A stretch of DNA of 64,000 nt, taken from the NCBI GenBank assembly GCA_965215365.1, contig CBDCDS010000003.1:2400001-2464000 (forward strand). Direction: 5' to 3'. This DNA is from Gammaproteobacteria bacterium (GTDB lineage: Bacteria; Pseudomonadota; Gammaproteobacteria; Eutrophobiales; Eutrophobiaceae). The notes under the pieces are model-generated. The model did no database searches. It had not been told where the DNA came from and worked only from the letters and a program-made list of their open reading frames with translations. Made by a program: the position numbers and the translations under genes. Positions 40,353 through 51,136 of the stretch are shown piece after piece. Numbering within the stretch: position 1 is the stretch's first letter; every line of letters starts with the position of its first letter.

Positions 40353-41729
40353 TTACGCAGCCTTGTGCTGCCGCTCTGAAGCCTGGGCCACAAAGCCGGT
40401 AGCCTGACCTTCCAGTATTTCAATAATCCTGCGGCTCTGGCCTGCCATCATGCTGTGCAGGAACACTGTGGGAATAGCCACGCACAAGCCCAGCATGGTA
40501 GTGATCAAGGCCTGGGAAATACCGCCGGCCATGAGTTTCGGATCGCCGGTGCCGAACAAGGTGATCGACTGGAACGTAACGATCATGCCGATCACCGTAC
40601 CTAACAGGCCCAGCAACGGTGCCACCACGGAGATCACCTTGATCAACGTGTTCAAACGACTCAGCTTGGGCACTTCCCGCAACACCGCCTCGCCCATCTT
40701 CAATTCCAGCGATTCCACATCGATATCCTTGTTCTCGTGGTAGGTCAGCAACACGCGACCCAACGGATTTTTGGCGGAAGGATCATTCAGGTTGCGCACC
40801 TGATTGTTCACCGACATGCTGACGATCAGCATATAGAGAATCCTGAGCAGGGCCACGGCAATGCCGAAAATACCTAAGCCGATGATGATCCAACCGACCG
40901 TACCGCCCTGGGTGGTGGAGCGTTCGTACCAGCTCGGCACGTCCACCAGTTGCGCCAGCAACTGGCCCTTGGTCGGGTCCAACCCGATAGGAATGAAACC
41001 CGCTTCAGTCCCGGTCAACTCCTCAGCGCCTTTAACAAACCGATCCTCGGGCTGGCGCAGCAACTCGGAGATAGTCTGCGTTTCCGGGTCGTATTTCAGG
41101 TACTTGCCGTCAGCAATCAGGTTAAATACACCTACCCGAATAATTTCCTTTTGCAATTCCTCCCCGTCCGGCATGATAACGTTGCCCTGGAAACGCTTGA
41201 CCTTGCCGGTTTCAGTCATTTCCCGTTGGATCTCGAACCAGAGTTGCTCGATCTCTTCCAGCGACGCCAACTCGCTGCCGGAACCCATCTTCTCAGCCAG
41301 TTCAGTGAGGAAATCACCGCGCCCGGGGTATTCGATATTAGTCAATGAGGCATCGAACGTGGCACGGGAATCGCCGGCCGCAGTCTGCAACACGCCAAAC
41401 AGTTCTTTCAATGAACCCAGTGCCTGCTGCAAGTCCTGCTTCAACAGGTCTATGTCGTCCTGGTTGGCTTCAAACTGCTTTTCCAGGGCTTCACTGATTG
41501 CCTCCTGTGCAGCCCGTTCGTTATTGGCCTGTTGCAGCAGGCCGGACTGTCTGGCCTTGTCCTGTTTGAATTCTTCCTCCCGGGCCTGATTTTCCTTTGA
41601 TTCATCGATCCGGCCCTGTTGCACCTGTTGCAGCAACGCATCTAGGGACAACGCCTCTTGCGCCGCCGCTGCCGGCACCAGCAAGCAGGCAACCAAACCG
41701 CTGAAAACTGTGTGTCTGAAGATTGTCAT
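40353..41729 (-). CDS. Large MotA/TolQ/ExbB family protein (TtpC-like)
   Basis: Signal peptide, coiled coil, LDPT, APLLGLLGTV, GTGDPKLMAGGISQAL. Confidence 0.88.
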   Translation of the reverse strand: MTIFRHTVFSGLVACLLVPAAAAQEALSLDALLQQVQQGRIDESKENQAREEEFKQDKARQSGLLQQANNERAAQEAISEALEKQFEANQDDIDLLKQDLQQALGSLKELFGVLQTAAGDSRATFDASLTNIEYPGRGDFLTELAEKMGSGSELASLEEIEQLWFEIQREMTETGKVKRFQGNVIMPDGEELQKEIIRVGVFNLIADGKYLKYDPETQTISELLRQPEDRFVKGAEELTGTEAGFIPIGLDPTKGQLLAQLVDVPSWYERSTTQGGTVGWIIIGLGIFGIAVALLRILYMLIVSMSVNNQVRNLNDPSAKNPLGRVLLTYHENKDIDVESLELKMGEAVLREVPKLSRLNTLIKVISVVAPLLGLLGTVIGMIVTFQSITLFGTGDPKLMAGGISQALITTMLGLCVAIPTVFLHSMMAGQSRRIIEILEGQATGFVAQASERQHKAA

Positions 41730-41742
41730 GTCCGTGTCTCCT

Positions 41743-42522
41743 CTATTCCGCGGCACTGACCGGCAGGATAAAAATGTCGGGGGGAAGTTGCTTCCTGGCG
41801 ATTTTCAAGCCTTGGCGGATGTAGTTGCGGAACTCCGGGGCTGCCAACGGCATCCACTGGCGCGTGGCCTGGTCCCAGACGCCGTTCTCCTTGCCGTCTT
41901 CGGTCTGATAAACCAGCACCAGACGGCCAAAGCGAAGGATGTTCACCGGCCGCTCCTGGCCGTTGATTTCCAGCACTTCGCTGTATTCGTCCAGGTCGCT
42001 ACCATAGCTGGTCTCAATGCGATAAGCTTCCAGTACCAGACGCAGTTTTTCCGCAGCACTGATGCCGGCATCGCCGATATAGGCTTTCAGGTCGGCGACG
42101 CGTTTACGGCGTTCTTCCAGATGGAACGGGCGGTCGAGTTCAACAAACTGTTCTAGGGTATTTGCCATTCTGAGCATGAGCGGAAAGATCTGCCGTTCCA
42201 CTACTGCGATCTCATCGATGGATTCACGAATCGTGAGCTTTTCCTGATTCTGATCATCCACCTGCTTCTGCAGCAGCGCGTTATAGACCTTGAGGCCATC
42301 GATCACTTTCAATTCACGCCGGTAGCGCGAGGCCAGCTTTTCCGTCTCACCGGCAGTGGCATCGATGCGCTGTTGTGACTCCACCGCATCCTGATTGCGG
42401 GCCAGTCCTTCACCCACAACCTGTTCAATCTGATCCTGGGCTGACACAGCCAAACTGAATCCGATCAGCAAACCCAACATTAATAGCTTTCTGCAAGCTA
42501 CTAACAGTTTAGTAGTATCCAT
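41743..42522 (-). CDS. DUF3450 family protein (TtpB-like)
   Basis: Signal peptide, coiled coil, PLMLRM...DRPF...AEKLRLVLEAYRIE; first gene of the TonB2-type operon. Confidence 0.8.
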   Translation of the reverse strand: MDTTKLLVACRKLLMLGLLIGFSLAVSAQDQIEQVVGEGLARNQDAVESQQRIDATAGETEKLASRYRRELKVIDGLKVYNALLQKQVDDQNQEKLTIRESIDEIAVVERQIFPLMLRMANTLEQFVELDRPFHLEERRKRVADLKAYIGDAGISAAEKLRLVLEAYRIETSYGSDLDEYSEVLEINGQERPVNILRFGRLVLVYQTEDGKENGVWDQATRQWMPLAAPEFRNYIRQGLKIARKQLPPDIFILPVSAAE

Positions 42523-42639
42523 AAGACAATAACCTCCCCGGGGGATTATTCAGAGTCAATTACAAAAACCTGTTTCAAAACGATCTGCGTTCCGTTCCGT
42601 GCGCCACTTTACTATAAACGACAAAGCCGTGCAAACACA

Positions 42640-43771
42640 TGTCCAGGTTCAATACATATGAGACTCAGAGGCAGGCTGTGTGAGTTGTTGATAATACTCC
42701 ATTGGGGTTAATAAACCAATACCGTCATGCGGGCGGTAGGTATTGTAGTATTGCTGATACTCTGCCAGTTTGCGGTTGATGGCGGCCACGGTCAGTGGGC
42801 CCTCGTAGAACGGATAGAACTCATAGCGGCTGGTGGCATTGGCGCGTTCTACACAGCCGTTGTATTCGGGTTTTTTCGGGGGCAGCACGTACAGGGGGAT
42901 TCCTAAGTCCTGGCAAGCCTGCTCGAACTCATCTCGGAACTCCGAGCCGCCATCGACCTGGATAGAACGGATGGGAAACGGCGCCTCACCGAGCAGCGCT
43001 TTTAAGAAGCGCCGGGCATTGCCACTGGTGGCCCGACTGTAGGCTCGCAGCGCACTCCATTTGCTCACCGGACAGACGGCCTTGAACTCCTTCACCGTGA
43101 TGCCGTCCGTGAAGCCGACACTCATGTGGTCTATCTGCATCAACTCCCCTGGCGCCTTAGCCTTCATCCCGTAGCGCCAGCGCTTGGCATGATGGGTAAA
43201 CGCCCGGCGGCGCTTAGGCTTCACCCGGCCATAGTAAAACGCCACCGGCTTGACCCGACCCAGCCGCACCAGCTTCGCCACGATGCGCCCGACCGTACTC
43301 CCGCTCAAAGTCCAGCCCTGCTCGCGCACCCCCACCCGCCAGAGCTTACGCTTACCCCATAACGGATAACGTTGGCGAAGGTGCAAGACCTGCTGCTCGT
43401 GCTGGCGCGTCCATTGCGGCACACGCCGCCGCCGCGGCGCACGAGAGCCACACCCCAGACCCTTCAGCCCATGTTCACGATACCGCTTCAACCAACGGTA
43501 GTAGGTCGCCCTCGACCAACCTACTGCTGCCAGTGCCGTCGCCTCACCACACCCATCCTCGCGTAACGTCGCAACCAATTCCAACTGCTTCAAACGACCG
43601 CGCGCGTCAGCATCGGTAGTATCATCGACGCGCCAACTGCGATATGATTTCACCCGCAGGCTTTTGATCTGCATCGGGTAGTCCTCCTGTGTCAATTAGT
43701 TGAGATTAATTCACACACAGACTACCCGATTTCTTTATCTAAAGAGTCTCACTTGTTTCTGAACCCGGACA
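42640..43771 (-). mobile_element. IS481-family insertion sequence (1132 bp), 5-bp TSD ACACA
   Basis: TGT...ACA ends; imperfect IRs TGTCCGGGTTCAGAAACAAGTGAGACTC and TGTCCAGGTTCAATACATATGAGACTC; ACACA at 42635-42639 and 43772-43776. Confidence 0.92.
42649..43674 (-). CDS. IS481-family transposase
   Basis: HTH (SRATYYRW) plus rve DDE core (QIDH, QVDGGSEF, NGCVERAN, YNTYRPH). Confidence 0.92.
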   Translation of the reverse strand: MQIKSLRVKSYRSWRVDDTTDADARGRLKQLELVATLREDGCGEATALAAVGWSRATYYRWLKRYREHGLKGLGCGSRAPRRRRVPQWTRQHEQQVLHLRQRYPLWGKRKLWRVGVREQGWTLSGSTVGRIVAKLVRLGRVKPVAFYYGRVKPKRRRAFTHHAKRWRYGMKAKAPGELMQIDHMSVGFTDGITVKEFKAVCPVSKWSALRAYSRATSGNARRFLKALLGEAPFPIRSIQVDGGSEFRDEFEQACQDLGIPLYVLPPKKPEYNGCVERANATSRYEFYPFYEGPLTVAAINRKLAEYQQYYNTYRPHDGIGLLTPMEYYQQLTQPASESHMY

Positions 43772-43799
43772 ACACAAATCCGGGAATTGCACAAAGTCT

Positions 43800-44876
43800 A
43801 TGTGTGTGCGATTCTTCCCTGTCATGTCAGGAACTGCTCACTCCGCACAAATCCGGGCGGTGCTGGCGGCTTACGCCCTTGAGCCGCTGCGGCTGCGACC
43901 GCTTGCGGCCGGATTGGTCAACAAAACCTACCAGGTCACGACCGCATCCGGCCATCATTACATATTGCAGGCCGTCAATGCGATGTTTCCGGCCGCGGTC
44001 AACCTGGATATTGATGTGGTTACCCGCCACCTGGAGCGGTCGGGTCTGCGCACCCCCAGGTTACAGCAAAACCGGTGGGGTGAATTGTATTACCGACATG
44101 ATAACCAGCTGTGGCGGCTGTTCAATCACATCAACGGCAACACCCATAAACGCCTGCGCCAGCCGGTGCTGGCCGCGGCCGCCGGGGCACTGTTGGGACG
44201 CGTGCACGCGTCTCTCAAACACCTTGAGTATGAGCTGCGCTCACCCAGACCGAATGCGCATAATACCCCGCGCTATATGCAACAGCTGCAACAAACCCTG
44301 GCGACGCGCGGCGCCCACCGCAACTATGCGCGCATCAAACCCCTGGGTGAGGCCATCCTCGAACGTTTACGCCAGACACCGGCACTGCCGGATACGGTCC
44401 CGCGGCTGCTGCACGGCGATCCCAAAATTTCCAACTTCATATTCAGCACTGATGACCGGGAAGCGCTGTGCATGGTCGATTTCGATACCCTGAACCGGGC
44501 GCCCGTTTACCTGGAACTGGGTGACGCACTGCGTTCCTGGTGCAATCCGTGCGGAGAGGATCACGCGCACAGCTGTTTTTCCATGGCGCATTGCCGCGCG
44601 GCGCTGACCGGCTATGCCCACCATGCCAAAACGCTGCTCACACCGGCGGAGTGGCGCGCGCTGCCGGCCGCGACCCTGGTCATCTGCCTGGAACTGGCTG
44701 CCCGTTTCTGTGCCGATGCCCTGAATGAAGATTATTTTTCCTGGGATCCGCAACGTTTCACCAGCCACAGCAAACACAGTGAAACCAGGGCGAAGAGCCA
44801 GTTCAACATGGCCGGCTCCCTGCTGGAACAGTACGATGAAATGACCGCTATGGTCATAAAAACAGCAGATTTGTGA
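43800..44876 (+). CDS. Aminoglycoside phosphotransferase/choline-kinase-like enzyme; start may be 43824
   Basis: GLVNKTY, HGDPKISN, VDFDT, ELGDALRS. Confidence 0.85.
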   Translation: MCVRFFPVMSGTAHSAQIRAVLAAYALEPLRLRPLAAGLVNKTYQVTTASGHHYILQAVNAMFPAAVNLDIDVVTRHLERSGLRTPRLQQNRWGELYYRHDNQLWRLFNHINGNTHKRLRQPVLAAAAGALLGRVHASLKHLEYELRSPRPNAHNTPRYMQQLQQTLATRGAHRNYARIKPLGEAILERLRQTPALPDTVPRLLHGDPKISNFIFSTDDREALCMVDFDTLNRAPVYLELGDALRSWCNPCGEDHAHSCFSMAHCRAALTGYAHHAKTLLTPAEWRALPAATLVICLELAARFCADALNEDYFSWDPQRFTSHSKHSETRAKSQFNMAGSLLEQYDEMTAMVIKTADL

Positions 44877-44877
44877 G

Positions 44878-44906
44878 TTGACACGTAATTTGCGCCTATT
44901 CACAAT
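44878..44906 (+). promoter_or_regulatory. Putative sigma70 promoter for the cyclase-crp pair
   Basis: TTGACA-17 bp-CACAAT. Confidence 0.45.
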
Positions 44907-45127
44907 GCCGCGAAACAAGGGGGACTGCTTGCTTGGGGACTCTTGGACAGGAGCCTTCAGGCCACTTCTAAAACCAATAATGATGCTGTTGCTGATGGAA
45001 ATGCTAGGAGTATGCTACAAAAAAATGGAGCTGCCCGTATTGCATCCTGACAGACCGGCGCAACGCCGTAACCTGTTGCTGCGCCCGTAAACACGCGTTT
45101 ATTCCTGTTACCGATAATCCTGGCGCC

Positions 45128-46315
45128 ATGACCGCAACGGAATGCCCCCTGCCTCGCACCCCGGCCTGCCGGTCACACACGCCCACGCCTGCTCACTACC
45201 ATCACCCCGAACGTCGCTACCTGACCATACTGTTCTGCGATCTGGTCAACTCCACGCGTCTGGCCGCCAGCCTGGACCCGGAAGACCTGCTGCAACTGAT
45301 CCGGTTATACCGGCACCTGTGCACCGAAATTATCACTCATCATGGCGGTCGCATCGCCCATTTTGCCGGGGACGGCGTCATGATTTATTTTGGTTATCCC
45401 CGCACCCGTGAAGATGACACGGCGCGGGCAGTACGCGCGGCGCTGGATTTACTCAACACGCTTAATGCCTGTCACTGTGCCCCTGAGGGCGCATGCCGTA
45501 ACAGTATTTCTATACGCATAGGCATCGCCTCCGGCCTAGTGCTGCTCGATGCCGCCAACGCAACGGTTATCGGGGAAACACCGAATCTGGCCGCCAGACT
45601 CCAAACCGCGGCACAACCCGACACCATCGTCATCAGTGACGCGACCCGCAATCTGGTCAAGCACCTGTTCAGGCTGCAAAACGTCGGCAGGTATTCGCTG
45701 CGCGGCTACGAACAACCCATCAGGTTATGGCGGGTTATCAGCAATACCTGCACGCGCAGCCTCGCAACCGCGCCGGTCAACCTGTCCGAACCGCTGAGCC
45801 GTCCGGGCGCGGCGGCACTGATCCGACGCGTTGCCGGCAGCCGCCGTTTGCCGGCTCACATCACTCAGAAAATTATCATCAGGAGTGATGGCATCCCCCT
45901 GTTTCTGAAAGAATTGACCAAGGCGGCGCTACAGGTACCGGGCACCGGCGGCGCGCCGTTGCCGGCACCGGCGGGAGAACCTGCAATACCTGAAAAGGTC
46001 CGCTTCACGTTGATGGCCAAACTGGACCGGCAACCGCTTCAGGCTCGCCGCGCGGCACAGATTGGCGCAATCCTGGGACGCGAGTTCGGTTACGCACTGC
46101 TGGCGACACTGTGGCCGTACCCGCGCACGCAACTCGACCATGCACTGGAGCTGCTGTGCCGCGCCGAAGTGCTGGCGCAAACGGGAACGGGCAATGATGC
46201 CAACTATCGGTTCAAATGGGGCTTGATGCAGGAAGTGGTGTATCAGGGCACGTTAAAAGAGGTGCGACAAGAGTTGCACAGGCAGATAGACCGGCTCAGT
46301 ACAACTTCAGCTTAA
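45128..46315 (+). CDS. Class III adenylate/guanylate cyclase fused to residual STAND helical domains (AAA core absent)
   Basis: FCDLVNST, GDG, GETPNLAARLQ; then SDGIPLFLKE, AKLDR, GAILGREF, YRFK; no Walker A. Confidence 0.8.
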   Translation: MTATECPLPRTPACRSHTPTPAHYHHPERRYLTILFCDLVNSTRLAASLDPEDLLQLIRLYRHLCTEIITHHGGRIAHFAGDGVMIYFGYPRTREDDTARAVRAALDLLNTLNACHCAPEGACRNSISIRIGIASGLVLLDAANATVIGETPNLAARLQTAAQPDTIVISDATRNLVKHLFRLQNVGRYSLRGYEQPIRLWRVISNTCTRSLATAPVNLSEPLSRPGAAALIRRVAGSRRLPAHITQKIIIRSDGIPLFLKELTKAALQVPGTGGAPLPAPAGEPAIPEKVRFTLMAKLDRQPLQARRAAQIGAILGREFGYALLATLWPYPRTQLDHALELLCRAEVLAQTGTGNDANYRFKWGLMQEVVYQGTLKEVRQELHRQIDRLSTTSA

Positions 46316-46337
46316 AAGTTTACCGGAGGGGATACCA

Positions 46338-47072
46338 ATGACAAAAACAGCCGTTGAAATATCGGCAGGTTTGTTATCCGCAGTTGAAGTGTTTTATGAC
46401 CTTTCCAGCTATGATCGAAAGGTGATAGCAGAACGGTGTCGCGGGTTCCGGTTCGGATATGGGGATACCATCACCGCTTGTGACGACAGTTACAGCGACG
46501 TTTATTTTATCATCAGCGGCAAGGTGCGCATCACGTTTTATTCATCTGCAGGAAGGGAAATCTATTTTGGCGAACAACGAGCCGGTGGCATGTTCGGTGA
46601 AGTCGCGGCGGTGGACCGGCAACCCCGCTCCGCCTGTGTGGTCAGCGAGGACGAAACCATACTCGCAGCCATGACCGCCGATAACTTTTCCTGGATCATG
46701 CAGCTTTACCCCTCGATTATGACCCGTACCCTGATCCGTTTTGCCGGGCTGGTCAGGCACTTGTCGCAGCGTGTGGTTGAGTTCAGTTCCCTAGATGTCA
46801 GAAACCGACTGCATGCAGAGCTGTTGCGACTGGCCTGGGACAACCTGAACGGCGCCGACAACACTGCAACCATTTCGCCGGCGCCCAGACAACTGGAACT
46901 GGCCAGACGTATCAGCAGCCACCGCGAAGCCGTTTCGCGCGAGATGACGGAACTCACCTCAGCCGGCGTGATACGCAAAGGCCAGAACTGCCTGCGCATC
47001 AACGATGTTGATCGCCTGGAGAATATGGTGCATGAAACTGCGGTGAGGTATAAGGCCACCTCTAAAAATTAG
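46338..47072 (+). CDS. Crp/Fnr family transcriptional regulator
   Basis: cNMP pocket FGEVAA...PRSA; HTH QLELARRISSHREAVSR. Confidence 0.9.
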   Translation: MTKTAVEISAGLLSAVEVFYDLSSYDRKVIAERCRGFRFGYGDTITACDDSYSDVYFIISGKVRITFYSSAGREIYFGEQRAGGMFGEVAAVDRQPRSACVVSEDETILAAMTADNFSWIMQLYPSIMTRTLIRFAGLVRHLSQRVVEFSSLDVRNRLHAELLRLAWDNLNGADNTATISPAPRQLELARRISSHREAVSREMTELTSAGVIRKGQNCLRINDVDRLENMVHETAVRYKATSKN

Positions 47073-47079
47073 GTTCCCT

Positions 47080-48351
47080 TTAGCGAAACGGCGCCGGCAG
47101 CGATTTTTCCCCGGCATAGTACGGGCGCCAGAACTTGATCGCCAGGGGCACCGCCACGTTCAACCAAAAGATGGTGAACATCAGTGTGTAGAAGACTTCC
47201 TCGGTAAAGATGCCGTGTTGCGTATAGGCAATGTTGATGACCACAAACGCCAGTTCTGCCCGACCCAGCATACCCAACCCGATCATGGTGGCATCCGGCC
47301 AGTTGAAACCACCGGTATAACGCGCCGCCAGGGAGGCAGCAAGTATCTGGGCCACCGCCACACAGCCAAGCAGGATCAGGGTTTCCTCCAGCACTGTGGT
47401 AAAAATTGCCGGATCGAAGATAAGTTGCGCGCCGAGGTTGACAAAAAAGATGGGGCCAATCCAGGAGAAAGCCACGTCGTCGATGATCCTGCGGGTGTCT
47501 CGATACAGCGTGCGCTGATTTTCCTTTTTGCCGAAATGAAAATATTCCTCCCTGATGATCAGGCCCGCCATGTAAGCACCGATGGCTGCGTGCAATCCCA
47601 GCTGATGGGCCAGCAGGCTGATGGAAACGGCGACCAGTAAAATAACCAGGGTGGCTTTGCTGCCGTCATCTATGGCAAGCAGGTTGACCATCCCGAACCG
47701 TTGCAATACAGGGTAACGAGACAACAACCCCTGCTCGGCACTGTGCGGCATGAACCAGACCGCAATAATGATGACCAGGATAAAAAATAACAGCGCGCGC
47801 AGTAATGTCATCCCGATCCCGGCGGCGGACAGGTCACCCGGGCCGGTGGCGAGGGGTATCACCACCGCAACCAGCGCCAGGGAGACGAAGCTGTCTATTA
47901 CCGCCGCCGTCATGATGCCACTGGCGGCGCCGGACCGGTGCAGGTTTTCGCTGCGCAACGAAACCATGGTCAGGGATACCGCCGTGGCGGTCATGGTCAG
48001 GCCGCACAGCAAGGCAATTTTGTCATCTCCCCAGAAATACTGCGCGCAGGACCAGGCCGCGAGGCCCGGCGCCAGCGCCCCGAACAGGGCAATCCCCCAA
48101 CTGCGTCTGGCGCTACGCAGAAAATGCCCGGGGTTGGATTCAAACCCCAGCGCGAACATGATCAGGATCAGACCCACCTCAGACAAGCCCTGTATAAAAG
48201 GCGAGCTGTCGCTGGGCAGCCAGCCCAGATTAGCCATGAGGCAACCGGCGGCCAGGAAATACAGCACCGAGGTCAGCCTGGTCTTCGCCGCCAGCCAGGA
48301 AGCGATAAATACGCTGGCCCAGATCAGAGCCAGTTCTTGCAGGTCATGCAT
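47080..48351 (-). CDS. Cation:proton antiporter (CPA2)
   Basis: Multi-TM; ATAVS, AAVID, IGAYMAG, PIFFV, GRAE. Confidence 0.88.
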   Translation of the reverse strand: MHDLQELALIWASVFIASWLAAKTRLTSVLYFLAAGCLMANLGWLPSDSSPFIQGLSEVGLILIMFALGFESNPGHFLRSARRSWGIALFGALAPGLAAWSCAQYFWGDDKIALLCGLTMTATAVSLTMVSLRSENLHRSGAASGIMTAAVIDSFVSLALVAVVIPLATGPGDLSAAGIGMTLLRALLFFILVIIIAVWFMPHSAEQGLLSRYPVLQRFGMVNLLAIDDGSKATLVILLVAVSISLLAHQLGLHAAIGAYMAGLIIREEYFHFGKKENQRTLYRDTRRIIDDVAFSWIGPIFFVNLGAQLIFDPAIFTTVLEETLILLGCVAVAQILAASLAARYTGGFNWPDATMIGLGMLGRAELAFVVINIAYTQHGIFTEEVFYTLMFTIFWLNVAVPLAIKFWRPYYAGEKSLPAPFR

Positions 48352-48460
48352 AGTCAGAGGTTTTTTGGGGACGTTGTGTGGTGCGTCTGTCAGTCTTCCC
48401 GAATAGTATCATCATCGGCGAGACAATGCTGCTGGAACAGGATGGAAAAGATCGGTACCA

Positions 48461-48490
48461 TAAGGGTGCCTCTATTAATTAGAGGCACCC
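48461..48490. repeat. Miniature palindrome of a dispersed family
   Basis: GGGTGCCTCTA-TTAAT-TAGAGGCACCC; a relative lies at 19613-19645. Confidence 0.65.
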
Positions 48491-48576
48491 GTGCTGCACA
48501 GGGATGTGCTGCCATTTTTAATCACGTAAGTGATTGAAAATGAAGGAAATGAAAAATCACACTTTTTCATTTCCGT

Positions 48577-48614
48577 CTCTAAAAATACCACGGAGGGTAT
48601 TTTTAGAGGTTCCC
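48577..48614. repeat. Miniature palindrome of a dispersed family
   Basis: CTCTAAAAATACC-ACGGAG-GGTATTTTTAGAG; its reverse complement matches 58513-58544. Confidence 0.65.
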
Positions 48615-48618
48615 ATAA

Positions 48619-49758
<1,140 letters not shown>

Positions 49759-49786
49759 GGCACCGGGTTGGCAAATCACCCCTTCG

Positions 49787-49821
49787 CCGCCCTTCAGGCT
49801 CATTTCATGTTGGAAAATTCT
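49787..49821 (-). repeat. Solo terminal repeat of the ISNCY-like element
   Basis: Reverse complement AGAATTTTCCAACATGAAATGAGCCTGAAGGGCGG matches 206-240 at 34 of 35 positions. Confidence 0.85.
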
Positions 49822-49826
49822 TCGCC

Positions 49827-50958
49827 TGTCCGGGTTCAGAAACAAGTGAGACTCTTTAGATAAAGAAATCGGGTAGTCTGTGTGTGAATTAATCTCAACT
49901 AATTGACACAGGAGGACTACCCGATGCAGATCAAAAGCCTGCGGGTGAAATCATATCGCAGTTGGCGCGTCGATGATACTACCGATGCTGACGCGCGCGG
50001 TCGTTTGAAGCAGTTGGAATTGGTTGCGACGTTACGCGAGGATGGGTGTGGTGAGGCGACGGCACTGGCAGCAGTAGGTTGGTCGAGGGCGACCTACTAC
50101 CGTTGGTTGAAGCGGTATCGTGAACATGGGCTGAAGGGTCTGGGGTGTGGCTCTCGTGCGCCGCGGCGGCGGCGTGTGCCGCAATGGACGCGCCAGCACG
50201 AGCAGCAGGTCTTGCACCTTCGCCAACGTTATCCGTTATGGGGTAAGCGTAAGCTCTGGCGGGTGGGGGTGCGCGAGCAGGGCTGGACTTTGAGCGAGAG
50301 TACGGTCGGGCGCATCGTGGCGAAGCTGGTGCGGCTGGGTCGGGTCAAGCCGGTGGCGTTTTACTATGGCCGGGTGAAGCCTAAGCGCCGCCGGGCGTTT
50401 ACCCATCATGCCAAGCGCTGGCGCTACGGGATGAAGGCTAAGGCGCCAGGGGAGTTGATGCAGATAGACCACATGAGTGTCGGCTTCACGGACGGCATCA
50501 CGGTGAAGGAGTTCAAGGCCGTCTGTCCGGTGAGCAAATGGAGTGCGCTGCGAGCCTACAGTCGGGCCACCAGTGGCAATGCCCGGCGCTTCTTAAAAGC
50601 GCTGCTCGGTGAGGCGCCGTTTCCCATCCGTTCTATCCAGGTCGATGGCGGCTCGGAGTTCCGAGATGAGTTCGAGCAGGCTTGCCAGGACTTAGGAATC
50701 CCCCTGTACGTGCTGCCCCCGAAAAAACCCGAATACAACGGCTGTGTAGAACGCGCCAATGCCACCAGCCGCTATGAGTTCTATCCGTTCTACGAGGGCC
50801 CACTGACCGTGGCCGCCATCAACCGCAAACTGGCAGAGTATCAGCAATACTACAATACCTACCGCCCGCATGACGGTATTGGTTTATTAACCCCAATGGA
50901 GTATTATCAACAACTCACACAGCCTGCCTCTGAGTCTCATATGTATTGAACCTGGACA
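49827..50958 (+). mobile_element. IS481-family insertion sequence (1132 bp)
   Basis: Near-identical inverted copy of 42640-43771; flanks TTCGCC and ATCGCC. Confidence 0.92.
49924..50949 (+). CDS. IS481-family transposase
   Basis: Identical to the other copy except SESTV versus SGSTV; AGGAGG RBS before ATG 49924. Confidence 0.92.
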   Translation: MQIKSLRVKSYRSWRVDDTTDADARGRLKQLELVATLREDGCGEATALAAVGWSRATYYRWLKRYREHGLKGLGCGSRAPRRRRVPQWTRQHEQQVLHLRQRYPLWGKRKLWRVGVREQGWTLSESTVGRIVAKLVRLGRVKPVAFYYGRVKPKRRRAFTHHAKRWRYGMKAKAPGELMQIDHMSVGFTDGITVKEFKAVCPVSKWSALRAYSRATSGNARRFLKALLGEAPFPIRSIQVDGGSEFRDEFEQACQDLGIPLYVLPPKKPEYNGCVERANATSRYEFYPFYEGPLTVAAINRKLAEYQQYYNTYRPHDGIGLLTPMEYYQQLTQPASESHMY

Positions 50959-51025
50959 ATCGCCTTGACAGTAACTATTAAAATAGTACATACTTAACAT
51001 GTAATAACTCTTTGAGGAGTAAGCC

Positions 51026-51136
51026 ATGTCAAAATATGCGCCCTTAACCGGTTATCTGTCCTCCTCCGGGATGGATTACATTCCCATTACGCAAGATCCG
51101 GCCAGCTGCGAGCACTGGCATGTTAGCTTGAACTGA
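51026..51136 (+). pseudogene. Truncated small gene (MSKYAPLTGYL..., DUF7662-like N-terminus)
   Basis: Strong GAGGAG RBS and upstream TTGACA...CATACT; only 36 aa. Family call is from memory of the MSKY.PL..YL motif. Confidence 0.4.
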
